Below, in pieces: positions 9,908 to 19,737 of a stretch of 63,431 nucleotides of DNA; within the stretch, counting starts at the first letter, position 1, and every line of letters begins with the position of its first letter. The notes beneath the pieces were generated by a model. The model worked only from the letters and a program-made list of their open reading frames with translations. It made no database searches and had not been told where the DNA came from. The position numbers were made by a program, and so were the translations under genes. Source of the DNA: an uncultured Clostridia bacterium (GTDB lineage: Bacteria > Bacillota_I > Bacilli_A > RF39 > UBA660); assembly GCA_947165365.1 (NCBI GenBank), contig CAMVAF010000005.1, positions 1-63,431 on the forward strand. Reading direction: 5' to 3'.

Positions 9908-10736
9908 TGTTCTCCAATTTCTTCTTCATTAAATTCATTTTTTCTTTTTCTTCCTCTTTGTAAATATTAAGACGCTTTATGGCACTATCAAAATCTACAA
10001 GGTGTCCATCAAATTCAGGACCATCGATACATGCAAATTTCATTTTACCATCTACCATACAACGACAAGCTCCACACATACCACTACCATCTACCATTAT
10101 AGGATTCATACTTACAATTGTTTTTAGAGAATGTTTTTTTGTTAAATCACAAACAAATTTCATCATGATAACTGGCCCTATTGTTACACAATAATCATAT
10201 TGATTAATAACTTGAGATAAAGCATCACAAACATTACCCTTTATCCCGAAACTTCCATCATCAGTTGCGTAGGTAACATTGCTAATAGCTTCTATTTTAT
10301 CTTTAATCAATAGTAAATCTTTATTTCTAGCTCCATAGATAATATCACATGAAATTCCTTTATCTTTTAAATATTTAACTTGTGGGTATACTGGTGCAAT
10401 ACCAACACCACCAGCAACATAAATAATCTTTTTATCTAAATAATCTTTATAATTTAAACATATTTCACTAGGTCTACCTAAAGGTCCAGAAAGCGAATAT
10501 ATATAGTCTTTTACCATACTTAATTCCAAAGTAGAAGCTCCAATTACTTGATAGATTAAATAAACTATACCATTATCATCATAATCATAGATAGTTAATG
10601 GAATTCTTTCACTATTATCTCTTGCCATAATAATACAAAATTGACCAGGTATAAAATTTTTAATTATATCTTTATCTTCAATTCCTATTAAATAAGAATT
10701 ATCACTAATTTTTTCATTAATAACTACTTTTCTCAT
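9894..10736 (-). CDS. PyrK-like FAD/NAD-binding 2Fe-2S subunit (NfnA/SudB type)
   Basis: Ferredoxin-reductase-like fold (GQFCII, AGGVGIAP) and a C-terminal CGACRC..C cluster. Overlaps the partner gene start. Confidence 0.85.
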   Translation of the reverse strand: MRKVVINEKISDNSYLIGIEDKDIIKNFIPGQFCIIMARDNSERIPLTIYDYDDNGIVYLIYQVIGASTLELSMVKDYIYSLSGPLGRPSEICLNYKDYLDKKIIYVAGGVGIAPVYPQVKYLKDKGISCDIIYGARNKDLLLIKDKIEAISNVTYATDDGSFGIKGNVCDALSQVINQYDYCVTIGPVIMMKFVCDLTKKHSLKTIVSMNPIMVDGSGMCGACRCMVDGKMKFACIDGPEFDGHLVDFDSAIKRLNIYKEEEKEKMNLMKKKLENNDGR

Positions 10737-10771
10737 ATTTTCTCCTTTAATATAATTTTATCATAAATAAA

Positions 10772-10800
10772 GAAAAAATCTAGTATAAAACTAGATTTTA
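10772..10800 (-). terminator. rho-independent terminator
   Basis: AAAATCTAG-loop-CTAGATTTT with a T-run on the minus strand, just downstream of the remnant ORF. Confidence 0.55.
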
Positions 10801-10804
10801 ATCA

Positions 10805-11024
10805 TTATGCTTGTTTTAAAGTAAGATAGCCAGGAGTTGTTGATGTATCAATAACTGCCATAGTTTTATCTTTTTTAGTACTATCAAACACTGTTCCATT
10901 ACCTCCTACAAGTGATGTACAACCTGAAAATATAGAATCAGTAGTATCAATAACATTACTCATATGTTAATACTGCTACAAACATTACTGTTAAAATTAC
11001 TTTTTTATTATTTTGATTATTCAT
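10805..11024 (-). pseudogene. frameshifted remnant of a BspA-like/leucine-rich-repeat surface protein
   Basis: An SD (GGAG) plus ATG at 11024 gives the signal-anchor-like MNNQNNKKVILTVMFVAVLTYE, then a stop. An overlapping frame from ATG 10963 gives MSNVIDTTDSIFSGCTSLVGGNGTVFDSTKKDKTMAVIDTSTTPGYLTLKQA. Its F.GC.SL.GGNGT..D...PGY pattern is the typical end of BspA-type repeat proteins. Confidence 0.45.
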
Positions 11025-11119
11025 ATATAACTCCTTCTATCTGTCTAGGGATATATTTTATATATTTATTTGTCAACATATTTATCACTACTTTCTTATA
11101 TTTTTTTACTATCTAATAA

Positions 11120-11152
11120 TAACAAAAAAGTACTCTTTTTTCAAGTACTTTT
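11120..11152 (-). terminator. rho-independent terminator of the lepB operon
   Basis: On the minus strand: AAAAGTACT-loop-AGTACTTTTTT. Confidence 0.6.
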
Positions 11153-11158
11153 CGATTA

Positions 11159-11644
11159 TTACTTTATCTTGTGATTAACATCATATACATCTTTAATATT
11201 TTCCTGATAATACATAATTGCTTTTAAAATATTTGTATTATTATTAAATAATTCTTTAAATAATTTTATTTCTTCATCATTTAATTTATATAATGATATA
11301 AATCTCTGTAATCTATATTCAGGAAGTTTTTTAGCATATTCTATTATATCTTCTCTAGTTAATATTTTAGTTATTTTAATAAATTCTACAGAATACATAT
11401 CATAAAAGCCATTATATTCATCATCATATCGACTTATATTTCCATAACCAATTACTTCGGCTACTTCTACATCATTTTGGAATGTATCAAAGTATCGAAA
11501 TGTATCTTCTAAATTGGTACATAAGTGGAAACCACCTTCCATATATTTGACATTATTTTTGGAATAATACACTGTATTAGGTTCTAATTTATCATGATAA
11601 TTAGTAATTAATCCCTTATTAAAACACTTAAAACCTTTAATCAT
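11159..11644 (-). CDS. protein with an N-terminal KGFK.F...GFH.C domain (phage/mobile-associated DUF type)
   Basis: MIKGFKCFNKGL...GGFHLCTNLEDTFRYF matches a widespread uncharacterised domain seen in phage and bacterial proteins (from memory). The start ATG overlaps the lepB stop (ATGA). Confidence 0.6.
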   Translation of the reverse strand: MIKGFKCFNKGLITNYHDKLEPNTVYYSKNNVKYMEGGFHLCTNLEDTFRYFDTFQNDVEVAEVIGYGNISRYDDEYNGFYDMYSVEFIKITKILTREDIIEYAKKLPEYRLQRFISLYKLNDEEIKLFKELFNNNTNILKAIMYYQENIKDVYDVNHKIK

Positions 11645-12144
11645 TTTATCTTACCAAATTTGCTAAATGGGTATAAAACAAATCGTGCCTTTCCTTTTAT
11701 TTCACTTTTACTAATTAATCCTATTTTTCGTGAATCTAAAGAATTTGTTCGATTATCACCTACTACAAAATAATATCCTTCTGGAATTATATTAACACCA
11801 ATTTCTTCTAAATTAAAATTATGAGTTGTTTCATGAGTAAATTCTTCCTTAATAAGGTTTCCATTAACATATAATTCATTATCTTTATATTCAACTTTCT
11901 CTCCTGGTAAACCTATAACTCTTTTAATTAGTCTTTCTCCATTTTTCTTAACTACTACAACATCAAATCTTTCTACACCATTTAAATAATATCCTATTTC
12001 ATTTAAAATCATTAAATCCCCATCATTTAGAGTTGGATACATACTGGTACCATTAACTTTAATTGGAGAGAAAATAAACTCTTTAATTAGGATAGCAATC
12101 ACTATTACTATTACATAAGATAAAATATTTTTTAATTTTTTCAT
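11641..12144 (-). CDS. lepB: signal peptidase I
   Basis: N-terminal TM plus the catalytic boxes GTSMYPTL, KRVIGLPGE and GDNRTNSLDSR. Confidence 0.92.
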   Translation of the reverse strand: MKKLKNILSYVIVIVIAILIKEFIFSPIKVNGTSMYPTLNDGDLMILNEIGYYLNGVERFDVVVVKKNGERLIKRVIGLPGEKVEYKDNELYVNGNLIKEEFTHETTHNFNLEEIGVNIIPEGYYFVVGDNRTNSLDSRKIGLISKSEIKGKARFVLYPFSKFGKIK

Positions 12145-12180
12145 AATCAACACCAAAAAAAGATAAGACTGGCTTATCTT

Positions 12181-12519
12181 TTATGCTCTTTCTTCAATCT
12201 TTACTTGTCCAACTACTTTACGAAGATAATTAAGTTTTGCTCTTCTTACTTTACCAGTTCTAACAACAGTAATTTTACTAATTTTTGGTGAGTGAACAGG
12301 GAAAATTCTTTCAACACCTACACCATAAGATATCTTACGAACGGTAAATGTTTCACTAATACCTGAACCCTTACGAGCCATTACTATTCCTTCAAAAGCT
12401 TGAATTCTTTCTCTTTTACCTTCTATAATCTTAACATCTACTCTTACAGTATCTCCAACACGAAATTCTGGAATGTTAGGATTAAGTTGCTCATTTGTAA
12501 TTTTATCAATTACGTTCAT
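12181..12519 (-). CDS. rplS: 50S ribosomal protein L19
   Basis: [12 protein letters not shown]...[11 protein letters not shown]...RIQAFEGIV...[14 protein letters not shown] is a classical L19 sequence. AAAGGAG SD precedes the ATG at 12519. Confidence 0.95.
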   Translation of the reverse strand: MNVIDKITNEQLNPNIPEFRVGDTVRVDVKIIEGKRERIQAFEGIVMARKGSGISETFTVRKISYGVGVERIFPVHSPKISKITVVRTGKVRRAKLNYLRKVVGQVKIEERA

Positions 12520-12629
12520 CGAAATCACTCCTTTTCTATATAATGTAATCATAAAAAAGACTATCAGCGGATTACACTTTTAAAATTATACCATAAATTT
12601 TAAAAATTACAAGTATTTAATACAAATTT

Positions 12630-13469
12630 TTATTTTTCTCCAAGTTTATATGAAACAATTCCACCTAAAACAAATAAAATAATGGCAATAATCACCTCAA
12701 GAATACTTGGATGAACATTAAGTATTGGAATAACTATGGAAATAATAGATGCTATAACAAATCCTAAAACTCCATAATTTGTTTTAACAGGATATCTTTT
12801 AAGTAAAAATTCTAATAATTTTGCTACTAAAACAATTCCTATTACTATTCCTATACCTAAAGGTGCTAGAACAAGAATATTACTACCTAAATTACTAAAA
12901 TTAGTTAAATCTTTAATTGTATTAACAATTGGTTCATAATATCCTAAAAGCATCAAAACAAAAGAACCACTAATACCCGGAATAACCATAGTAGCAGCGG
13001 CTATAATACCTATTACTAATAATTTAAAGTATCCTAATACATTTAAATTAGCAAATGAAACGGTATAATCACCACTTTTCATAAAAGTAAATAATAATAC
13101 AGTACCAAAAGTTATTATAAACACTAACCAATTACTAATATTTTTTTTACTTGCACTACTTTTTTTCCATAAAAGAGGAAGACCTCCAATAATTAAACCG
13201 ATAAAGAAAATTGTTGTGGCAAAAGGATATTTATCTAATGAAAAACTAATTACTTTACTTAATAATAAAATAGATAAAATCATTCCTATTCCTAGTGGTA
13301 AAATAAATAATAAATTCTTTTTAAAATTATTAAAGAAATGACTTATAGTATCAATTACTTCTTCATAAATACCTAAGATAATCATTAAGGTGCCACCACT
13401 AACACCTGGAATAATATTAGCAACTCCTATAATCATTCCTTTTAAAACATTAATAATATTTTTTTTCAT
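12630..13469 (-). CDS. DUF368 family membrane protein (candidate undecaprenyl-phosphate translocase type)
   Basis: Polytopic protein with duplicated IPGVSGGT / IPGISGS motifs, characteristic of DUF368. Confidence 0.8.
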   Translation of the reverse strand: MKKNIINVLKGMIIGVANIIPGVSGGTLMIILGIYEEVIDTISHFFNNFKKNLLFILPLGIGMILSILLLSKVISFSLDKYPFATTIFFIGLIIGGLPLLWKKSSASKKNISNWLVFIITFGTVLLFTFMKSGDYTVSFANLNVLGYFKLLVIGIIAAATMVIPGISGSFVLMLLGYYEPIVNTIKDLTNFSNLGSNILVLAPLGIGIVIGIVLVAKLLEFLLKRYPVKTNYGVLGFVIASIISIVIPILNVHPSILEVIIAIILFVLGGIVSYKLGEK

Positions 13470-14596
13470 AATTCCTCACTTTCAATATATTTATAATTTT
13501 TGCTATACTTATTCATTAAATCGATATAGGCTTTTTTTGTTTTATCATCAACGACAATTGGTTGATAATTATTTCTTGATTTAACTGATGATATATTACA
13601 TGGAATTACTTTTATTTGAACACCTTGATATTCATCATCAATATATTTAAAATACATTTTAACTATAATACATTCTCTTCCAATACTTTTAGGATTAGAG
13701 TTTCCTCCAAAAATAAAATTACCTAATGAATATACAATATATTTATCTTTATATAATTCCATTCCTTGTAAGCAATGGGGATGAGATCCAATAACAATAT
13801 CAGCCCCACTATCAATAGCTAAATGAGCTCTTTTTCTCTGAACATCAGTCATGGTATGGGAATACTCTATGCCCCAATGAAAATTAGCAATAACTATATC
13901 AACATGATCTTCTTCTTTTAATTTTTTAATAGTTTTAGCCATCTCTTTATCATTATCAATCCATAATCCTACACCAGTATAGCCAACAAATGCAATTCTT
14001 TTACCTTTAATTTCTTTAATCAAAATACTATCATGTCCAAAATAATCAATTCCAGCTTCAGTTAAATATTTTTTAGTATCACGATATCCTTGATCGCCAT
14101 AATCATTGCTATGGTTATTGGCAATATTCACTCCTTCAATACTACCTTCGGTTAAAATATTAGTATATTTGGGATTTCCCTTAAAATTATATTTCTTTTT
14201 TGTCTTTTTATTATATGTAGTTAGGGTACCTTCTAAGTTAACATAAGAATAATCATCGTTATCAAACAAATATTTTACTTTAGCAAAATAATAGGAATAG
14301 TCCTCTTTAACTTTTTCTTTAAAATACCAATCAAATTCGTTTTTATATCCAAAATTGGAATCTGTTCCCAATGTACAATCACCTGCAGTTGTTATCTCAA
14401 TCAAATCAACTTTAGGTTCAATAATTACTTCTTTTTCTTTTGTTTCTTCCTTAGTTTTTTTTTCACTTTGCTCTTTATTGTCAATCTCTAAGTGTTTTTC
14501 CTCATCTTTTGTAATATTATACATCAATACTGCTAACAAAGAGAAATTAATCGCTAAAACAACAGTAATTATAACATCAATACTTCTATTCTTCAT
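13466..14596 (-). CDS. CapA family (poly-gamma-glutamate capsule synthesis-like) metallophosphatase, membrane-anchored
   Basis: N-terminal TM and a K/E-rich linker, with motifs AGDCTLGTD, ANNHSNDYG and GSHPH. Stop overlaps the DUF368 start. Confidence 0.8.
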   Translation of the reverse strand: MKNRSIDVIITVVLAINFSLLAVLMYNITKDEEKHLEIDNKEQSEKKTKEETKEKEVIIEPKVDLIEITTAGDCTLGTDSNFGYKNEFDWYFKEKVKEDYSYYFAKVKYLFDNDDYSYVNLEGTLTTYNKKTKKKYNFKGNPKYTNILTEGSIEGVNIANNHSNDYGDQGYRDTKKYLTEAGIDYFGHDSILIKEIKGKRIAFVGYTGVGLWIDNDKEMAKTIKKLKEEDHVDIVIANFHWGIEYSHTMTDVQRKRAHLAIDSGADIVIGSHPHCLQGMELYKDKYIVYSLGNFIFGGNSNPKSIGRECIIVKMYFKYIDDEYQGVQIKVIPCNISSVKSRNNYQPIVVDDKTKKAYIDLMNKYSKNYKYIESEEL

Positions 14597-14668
14597 AACT
14601 TCTATTTCCTAACTCTCAAGAAAAGTATAATATATTTCTTCTTTAAAATCAAGTTTTAGTTTATATAA

Positions 14669-14698
14669 TCAAAAAATAGTTCAATTGAACTATTTTTG
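14669..14698. terminator. palindromic terminator downstream of cotE
   Basis: AAAATAGTTC-AATT-GAACTATTTT flanked by A/T runs. Confidence 0.6.
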
Positions 14699-15226
14699 TT
14701 ATTTATCTTCAAGGTAATTTTCATTTACTTCATCTATTTTTTTATCTACATCAGATGTATTTTCATCAATTAAATCATAATCATCTAAATTATCTAAAAC
14801 CTCTACTTTAACTTTAACATCACCAACTAGTTCTAATCCTAAGGTAAAATCAACTTGATAATTAAGATTATTACCATCAATTTTAACATCACTACATTTT
14901 GGATCTGATAAACTTCTAACTAGAACACTGGTATTATCATATTCAGTATCAATATCTTTCATCTTAATAATTTCCGTATACTTTTCTGTTTTTTTGACAA
15001 CATCTGTTTTAGTATCATTATCATATGAATACCAAATGTTTATATCATAACTTCCAGTTATTGATACTTGATTATCTTGTTTGATACCACTAAATTGATG
15101 ATTTATAACCCAACATCCTAAAACTGTTTTAGGTTTGTTAGATACTTCTATAACCCCATCTTTTTTAAATGTTTTTTTACCTTTACTGATTACTGATCTC
15201 GAAATAATTTCACGATAATTAGCCAT
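14699..15226 (-). CDS. cotE: outer spore coat morphogenetic protein CotE
   Basis: MANYREIISRSVISKGKK...LGCWVINHQF...GSYDINIWYSYDNDTKTDVV plus an acidic tail parallels B. subtilis CotE as I remember it. GAGGAG SD. Confidence 0.85.
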   Translation of the reverse strand: MANYREIISRSVISKGKKTFKKDGVIEVSNKPKTVLGCWVINHQFSGIKQDNQVSITGSYDINIWYSYDNDTKTDVVKKTEKYTEIIKMKDIDTEYDNTSVLVRSLSDPKCSDVKIDGNNLNYQVDFTLGLELVGDVKVKVEVLDNLDDYDLIDENTSDVDKKIDEVNENYLEDK

Positions 15227-15285
15227 TAATACACTCCTCATATTAATGTATGCAAATAACTAATTTTTGAGACTATTTTTACTAA

Positions 15286-16872
15286 TTATTTTTTGATACT
15301 TATTATTTCACGTATATCTTTATTAGAATAGGTTATATGAACATTATCTCCTACTTTAATAAATGGTAATAAATTACTATTAATTTTAATACTTACTCGA
15401 TATTTATTATTATCAGTATCAGTTAAATAATAATAAGTATTTCCATCAATAATAACTGTTGAAATAGAAGAAATAGTTATATTAATAGCATTACCTTTAG
15501 TTACAATTCCATTATTATTGATATAATTATATGCTGCTGCTTCAATACCATCTTTAGAATCTGTAACTACTACTTTTTGATAATCTGCTACATCAACAAA
15601 AGCATACATTTTAACAAGACCTGCAGCATCTTTTAAACTAACAACATAAGTTGGTCTTCCAGATAGATTAATAAGTATTGGAAAGGATGCTGTGTAATTC
15701 ATTTGTTGCATAGCACCTCTAGCGCTATCCATAGCACTATATTCTTCTGCCCCCGGACAATCAAAGAATTTTGTTTCTTTAGTTCTTAAATTGGTTAGGA
15801 TAAAACCTAAATTACTTTCATCAGATACAATACTAGTAATACCGGTATACATATAAATATCATCATTTTGGGCAATATAGTTATATCCATCAGTTGTCAT
15901 TTTCATGCCCTTTTGACCAAATAATGTATTCCAAAAACCATTAACATAACGTCCCCAATCATCAACTTGTTCAATAATTAAATCTGGTGAATACACATGA
16001 TCTACCCATATAGGTATTTCGTCTACATCATATTTTTTGCTTTCTCCTGTAATGGCATTTAAAATTATAGCACCACTAATATCTTCTCTTTTTCCAACAG
16101 CACTATAAGATATAGTCGGCATAATGTAATAAGGATTTCCTTCATTATCAATTTCAAAACTTAATTCGCCAAAAATTTCTAAAGGATAGGAAAACCTTAA
16201 TTTACGATAGATATTATCAAAAAATAAAGCATTACTAGAATATTTCATTCCATTAGATAATTTCACAAGTTTCGCTTCTCCAGTTACAGAATTAACGGTA
16301 ATATAACCTGGTATCCCATTCTTTTTATTCGTAAAATATTTAATCCAATCAGAGTAATCTAGTGGTGTTACTCTAATGATATCATCACGATAATTAATTT
16401 GAGTATATAAATTACTTACTTCAAATTGACTAACAAGTTCATTAATTCCACCCATAACACGGTCTCCTAGTTTAAGACTAGAACTACGATCAACTATAGC
16501 TAATGTATTAAAATTAACTTCTTGAATTTCTTCAGTAAAAACTCCTGGATTAATATTAATTCGATTAGCATATTTTTTAGCCATAAAAAATGGTCCATTA
16601 ATAAAATTAATAATTGTTATTAATAAAATAATGATTACTGGTAAAATAAATGGATAATAATTACTTTTATTTCTTAAATCAAATTCTTTATTACGAATAC
16701 TTAAAATACCAGTACCAAAATTAATAATACCAAACACTATTAACAAAAAGATAAAATATGCCCAAAATGCACTTGAATGAATATTTATTGGTGGTAAAAA
16801 CAAATAAAACAATATAAATCCTAATAATAATGTCACTAAAATACTTATAAATAATCTTTTTCCTTTTTTCAT
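15286..16872 (-). CDS. membrane protein with a large extracytoplasmic domain, function unknown
   Basis: 528 aa with three N-terminal TM helices. No motif recognised. Confidence 0.65.
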   Translation of the reverse strand: MKKGKRLFISILVTLLLGFILFYLFLPPINIHSSAFWAYFIFLLIVFGIINFGTGILSIRNKEFDLRNKSNYYPFILPVIIILLITIINFINGPFFMAKKYANRININPGVFTEEIQEVNFNTLAIVDRSSSLKLGDRVMGGINELVSQFEVSNLYTQINYRDDIIRVTPLDYSDWIKYFTNKKNGIPGYITVNSVTGEAKLVKLSNGMKYSSNALFFDNIYRKLRFSYPLEIFGELSFEIDNEGNPYYIMPTISYSAVGKREDISGAIILNAITGESKKYDVDEIPIWVDHVYSPDLIIEQVDDWGRYVNGFWNTLFGQKGMKMTTDGYNYIAQNDDIYMYTGITSIVSDESNLGFILTNLRTKETKFFDCPGAEEYSAMDSARGAMQQMNYTASFPILINLSGRPTYVVSLKDAAGLVKMYAFVDVADYQKVVVTDSKDGIEAAAYNYINNNGIVTKGNAINITISSISTVIIDGNTYYYLTDTDNNKYRVSIKINSNLLPFIKVGDNVHITYSNKDIREIISIKK

Positions 16873-16971
16873 AAATTCTCTCCTTCTACATTATTATATC
16901 ATTTATCATAAATCTATTCTATACAAAATTCATATTTTTTATTTTATTACATATATTTAATAGAGGCTAAA

Positions 16972-17517
16972 ATGACAATATTAGAAATAATACTTACGGG
17001 ATTATCACTGGCAATGGATGCATTTACTGTTAGTATCTGTAAGGGTTTAACAAATAATAAGTGTTACCATAATTCATTAATAATATCTTTATACTTTGGA
17101 ATATTTCAATTTATAATGCCTATTCTAGGATATCATCTTGGTAATATTTTTAGTGAAAAAATAATCTATTATAATCCCTATATTTCAATGATTTTATTGG
17201 TAGTTATTGGAATACTTATGTATAAAGAAGAAAATATTGATAAACTAAATGATAAAATAAATTTTAAAGAAATGTTTTTTTTAGCTATTGCTACAAGTAT
17301 TGATGCTTTTGTTATCGGAATATCTTTTTCATTTTTAAAAGTTAAAATAATTAAAACTTCTCTAATTATTGGTATAATTACATTTATTATGTGTTACATT
17401 GGATATTATTTAGGTAATAAATTAAATGATAAATTTCATAAATATTCTAATAAAATAGCTGGTATTACTTTAATTATTATTGGTATTAAAATCTTTTTAC
17501 AAAATATATTAAAATAA
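16972..17517 (+). CDS. mntP: manganese efflux pump MntP
   Basis: 181-aa six-TM protein with duplicated LAMDAF / SIDAF motifs. Confidence 0.85.
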   Translation: MTILEIILTGLSLAMDAFTVSICKGLTNNKCYHNSLIISLYFGIFQFIMPILGYHLGNIFSEKIIYYNPYISMILLVVIGILMYKEENIDKLNDKINFKEMFFLAIATSIDAFVIGISFSFLKVKIIKTSLIIGIITFIMCYIGYYLGNKLNDKFHKYSNKIAGITLIIIGIKIFLQNILK

Positions 17518-17531
17518 AAAAAGATGTTTTA

Positions 17532-18275
17532 TTATTCATCTTTTTTCTTTTTTGTTTCTTTTTTAGGTTCTTTAGTATTAACTTCATTTAATTTTTCTAA
17601 TATTTCATTTCTGGTTTTTGTTTGGAAATAAATTAGGCATCCTACACCAGCTGCAACAAAAATGAAATTCCAAAATACAATAGCAAAAGTATCACTGCCA
17701 CCACTTGATGATGTATTACTATAATTATTAGCATTACCATTTCCATTGTTGCTTTCATCAGTTTCTGGAGCTGTCCATGTACCATCATCTAGTCCTTGTA
17801 ATTTTTCAAATACATCCATATCTTTATTATTGTATTCATTCATAATGGCTTCTTTAATTTGTTCATTATAACTTTCTGTATAACCATCAAATACTTTACT
17901 ACCAATAATAACGTATGGTACACCTTCAGTTGGAACATTAGTTACACTAGACATTTTATTAAACAAAGCACTATTTTGTTGATTATTCCATACTTCAAAA
18001 GATATTAATTTAAAATATTTACCATATTCTGTAGAAATTGAATTAATAAATTCTAGAAATTTACGACAGAAACCACAACCTTGTCCACGAAACATATAAA
18101 CTATAGCTTGATCATTAGTTTCTTTGTAATTTTTATTTTTTATTTCCATCCCTTCTGCTTTTAAAGTTTCAACTAGATTCATGGTACTATAACCATCATA
18201 ATAAGTTTTAGCATTTGTCATAAAAGGAATCATTGTAATAACAACTGCCATTAATAATAATAATTTTTTCTTCAT
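17532..18275 (-). CDS. secreted and C-terminally anchored thioredoxin-like protein (CGFC)
   Basis: Signal peptide, a thioredoxin-like block with the CGFC motif, an N/S/G-rich linker, and a C-terminal TM with a lysine tail. GGAGGA SD before the ATG at 18275. Confidence 0.6.
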   Translation of the reverse strand: MKKKLLLLMAVVITMIPFMTNAKTYYDGYSTMNLVETLKAEGMEIKNKNYKETNDQAIVYMFRGQGCGFCRKFLEFINSISTEYGKYFKLISFEVWNNQQNSALFNKMSSVTNVPTEGVPYVIIGSKVFDGYTESYNEQIKEAIMNEYNNKDMDVFEKLQGLDDGTWTAPETDESNNGNGNANNYSNTSSSGGSDTFAIVFWNFIFVAAGVGCLIYFQTKTRNEILEKLNEVNTKEPKKETKKKKDE

Positions 18276-18348
18276 GTCATCCTCCATATTTAACACATAT
18301 TTAATTTTAAACTATAATAAAAAAAAATACAAGATATTTTACAATATT

Positions 18349-19710
18349 TCATATTTTTTTCATTTTTTCTAAAGCATCAATATCACTATATGGTATTTTA
18401 TCATCTCTAATAATCATGTAATTATCTCTTCCCTTACCCAATATTAGAATAAGATCACTATCATTTGCTTCATTAATCGCTTTTTTAATAGCTTCTTCTC
18501 TATTAACAATAATCTCGTAATTTTTCTTTTTAGTTTGGGATATCATATCGTTTACAATATTTATCGGGTCTTCCCATCTCGGATCATCCATAGTAAAATA
18601 GGCTTTTTTAGAATATTTTAAAACAATTTTTCCAATTAGTGGTCTTTTATCAACATATCTTCCCCCAGCACAACCTAAAACAGTAATAATTTTTTTATGA
18701 TGAAATAAATCCATAAACTTTAACACTTCTTTAGTTGCCTTAATAGTATGTGCATAATCAATAACAATGTGTTTATTATTAATATAAAAGTGTTCCATTC
18801 TTCCTGGGATAACCTTAATATTCTTAATTCTTTTTATAATATCATTAATGGAATAATTAAGGGATAATAATGTCAAGATACTTGCTGCTAAATTATAAAC
18901 ATTATATTCTCCAATTAAGGGACTTACTATCTCATATTCTTTTTTTTGATATAGAAAAGTTATAAGAGTTTTATCTTCTAATAATTGGTATTTCTTTATT
19001 TGTAAATCACTTTTCTTTTTTCCAAAAGTTAAATAATTATCAATGTCTTTAACAATATCCTTAAAGTATTCGCTATCTCGGTTAATTATTTTAATACTAC
19101 TATTTTTTAATAATTCTTTTTTACATGATAAATAATTTTCAAAGGTATGATGTTTATCTAAATGTTCATAACTAATATTTAAAAATACTCCTACTGTAAA
19201 TTTTATTGTGGGAATTCTATTGGTTAAATAACTTTCGCTACTTACTTCCATAACAACATCTTGAACTTTTCTTTTTTTAAATAAATTAAAATATTCAAAT
19301 AAATAATCGATACTTGGAGTAGTATTATTCGTATTAATTAATATATCTTGATATCTAACACCATTTGTTCCAATATATGAACCATCTATCATATCTTTAA
19401 TAATTGAAGCAGTTGTTGTCTTACCATCTGTTCCAGTAACACCTATTAAATTAACATTATCTAAAGGATAATCATACTTAATATCTAATATATATCTTAA
19501 GAATTTTAAAATATCATCCACTTTTAGATGTTTTATCTTAGGATTAATATCCTTATCAGTAATAACAAAACTACATCCTTTTTTTATCGCATCCGGAATA
19601 AACTCATTTTTATCCATGATACCAGTTGCACAAACAAAAATATCACCTTTTTTAATATCTTTTGAATTTACTCTAATATTTTTCTTTTTAACTAAATTTT
19701 CAATCTTCAT
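18349..19710 (-). CDS. murE: UDP-N-acetylmuramoyl-L-alanyl-D-glutamate ligase (MurE type)
   Basis: Mur ligase P-loop GVTGTDGKTTT and a C-terminal DDPRWEDP motif. 453 aa. Confidence 0.85.
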   Translation of the reverse strand: MKIENLVKKKNIRVNSKDIKKGDIFVCATGIMDKNEFIPDAIKKGCSFVITDKDINPKIKHLKVDDILKFLRYILDIKYDYPLDNVNLIGVTGTDGKTTTASIIKDMIDGSYIGTNGVRYQDILINTNNTTPSIDYLFEYFNLFKKRKVQDVVMEVSSESYLTNRIPTIKFTVGVFLNISYEHLDKHHTFENYLSCKKELLKNSSIKIINRDSEYFKDIVKDIDNYLTFGKKKSDLQIKKYQLLEDKTLITFLYQKKEYEIVSPLIGEYNVYNLAASILTLLSLNYSINDIIKRIKNIKVIPGRMEHFYINNKHIVIDYAHTIKATKEVLKFMDLFHHKKIITVLGCAGGRYVDKRPLIGKIVLKYSKKAYFTMDDPRWEDPINIVNDMISQTKKKNYEIIVNREEAIKKAINEANDSDLILILGKGRDNYMIIRDDKIPYSDIDALEKMKKI

Positions 19711-19737
19711 ACTATATTATATTCCTATAACTATTTT

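Noticed and set aside
12520-12629. An L19 leader-type autoregulatory structure upstream of rplS.
   Set aside because: I could not find a convincing hairpin or conserved motif by eye. A covariance-model search is needed.
16873-16971. A yybP-ykoY manganese riboswitch upstream of mntP.
   Set aside because: The 99-nt leader is almost pure A/T. It lacks the conserved GC-containing four-way-junction elements I associate with that riboswitch.
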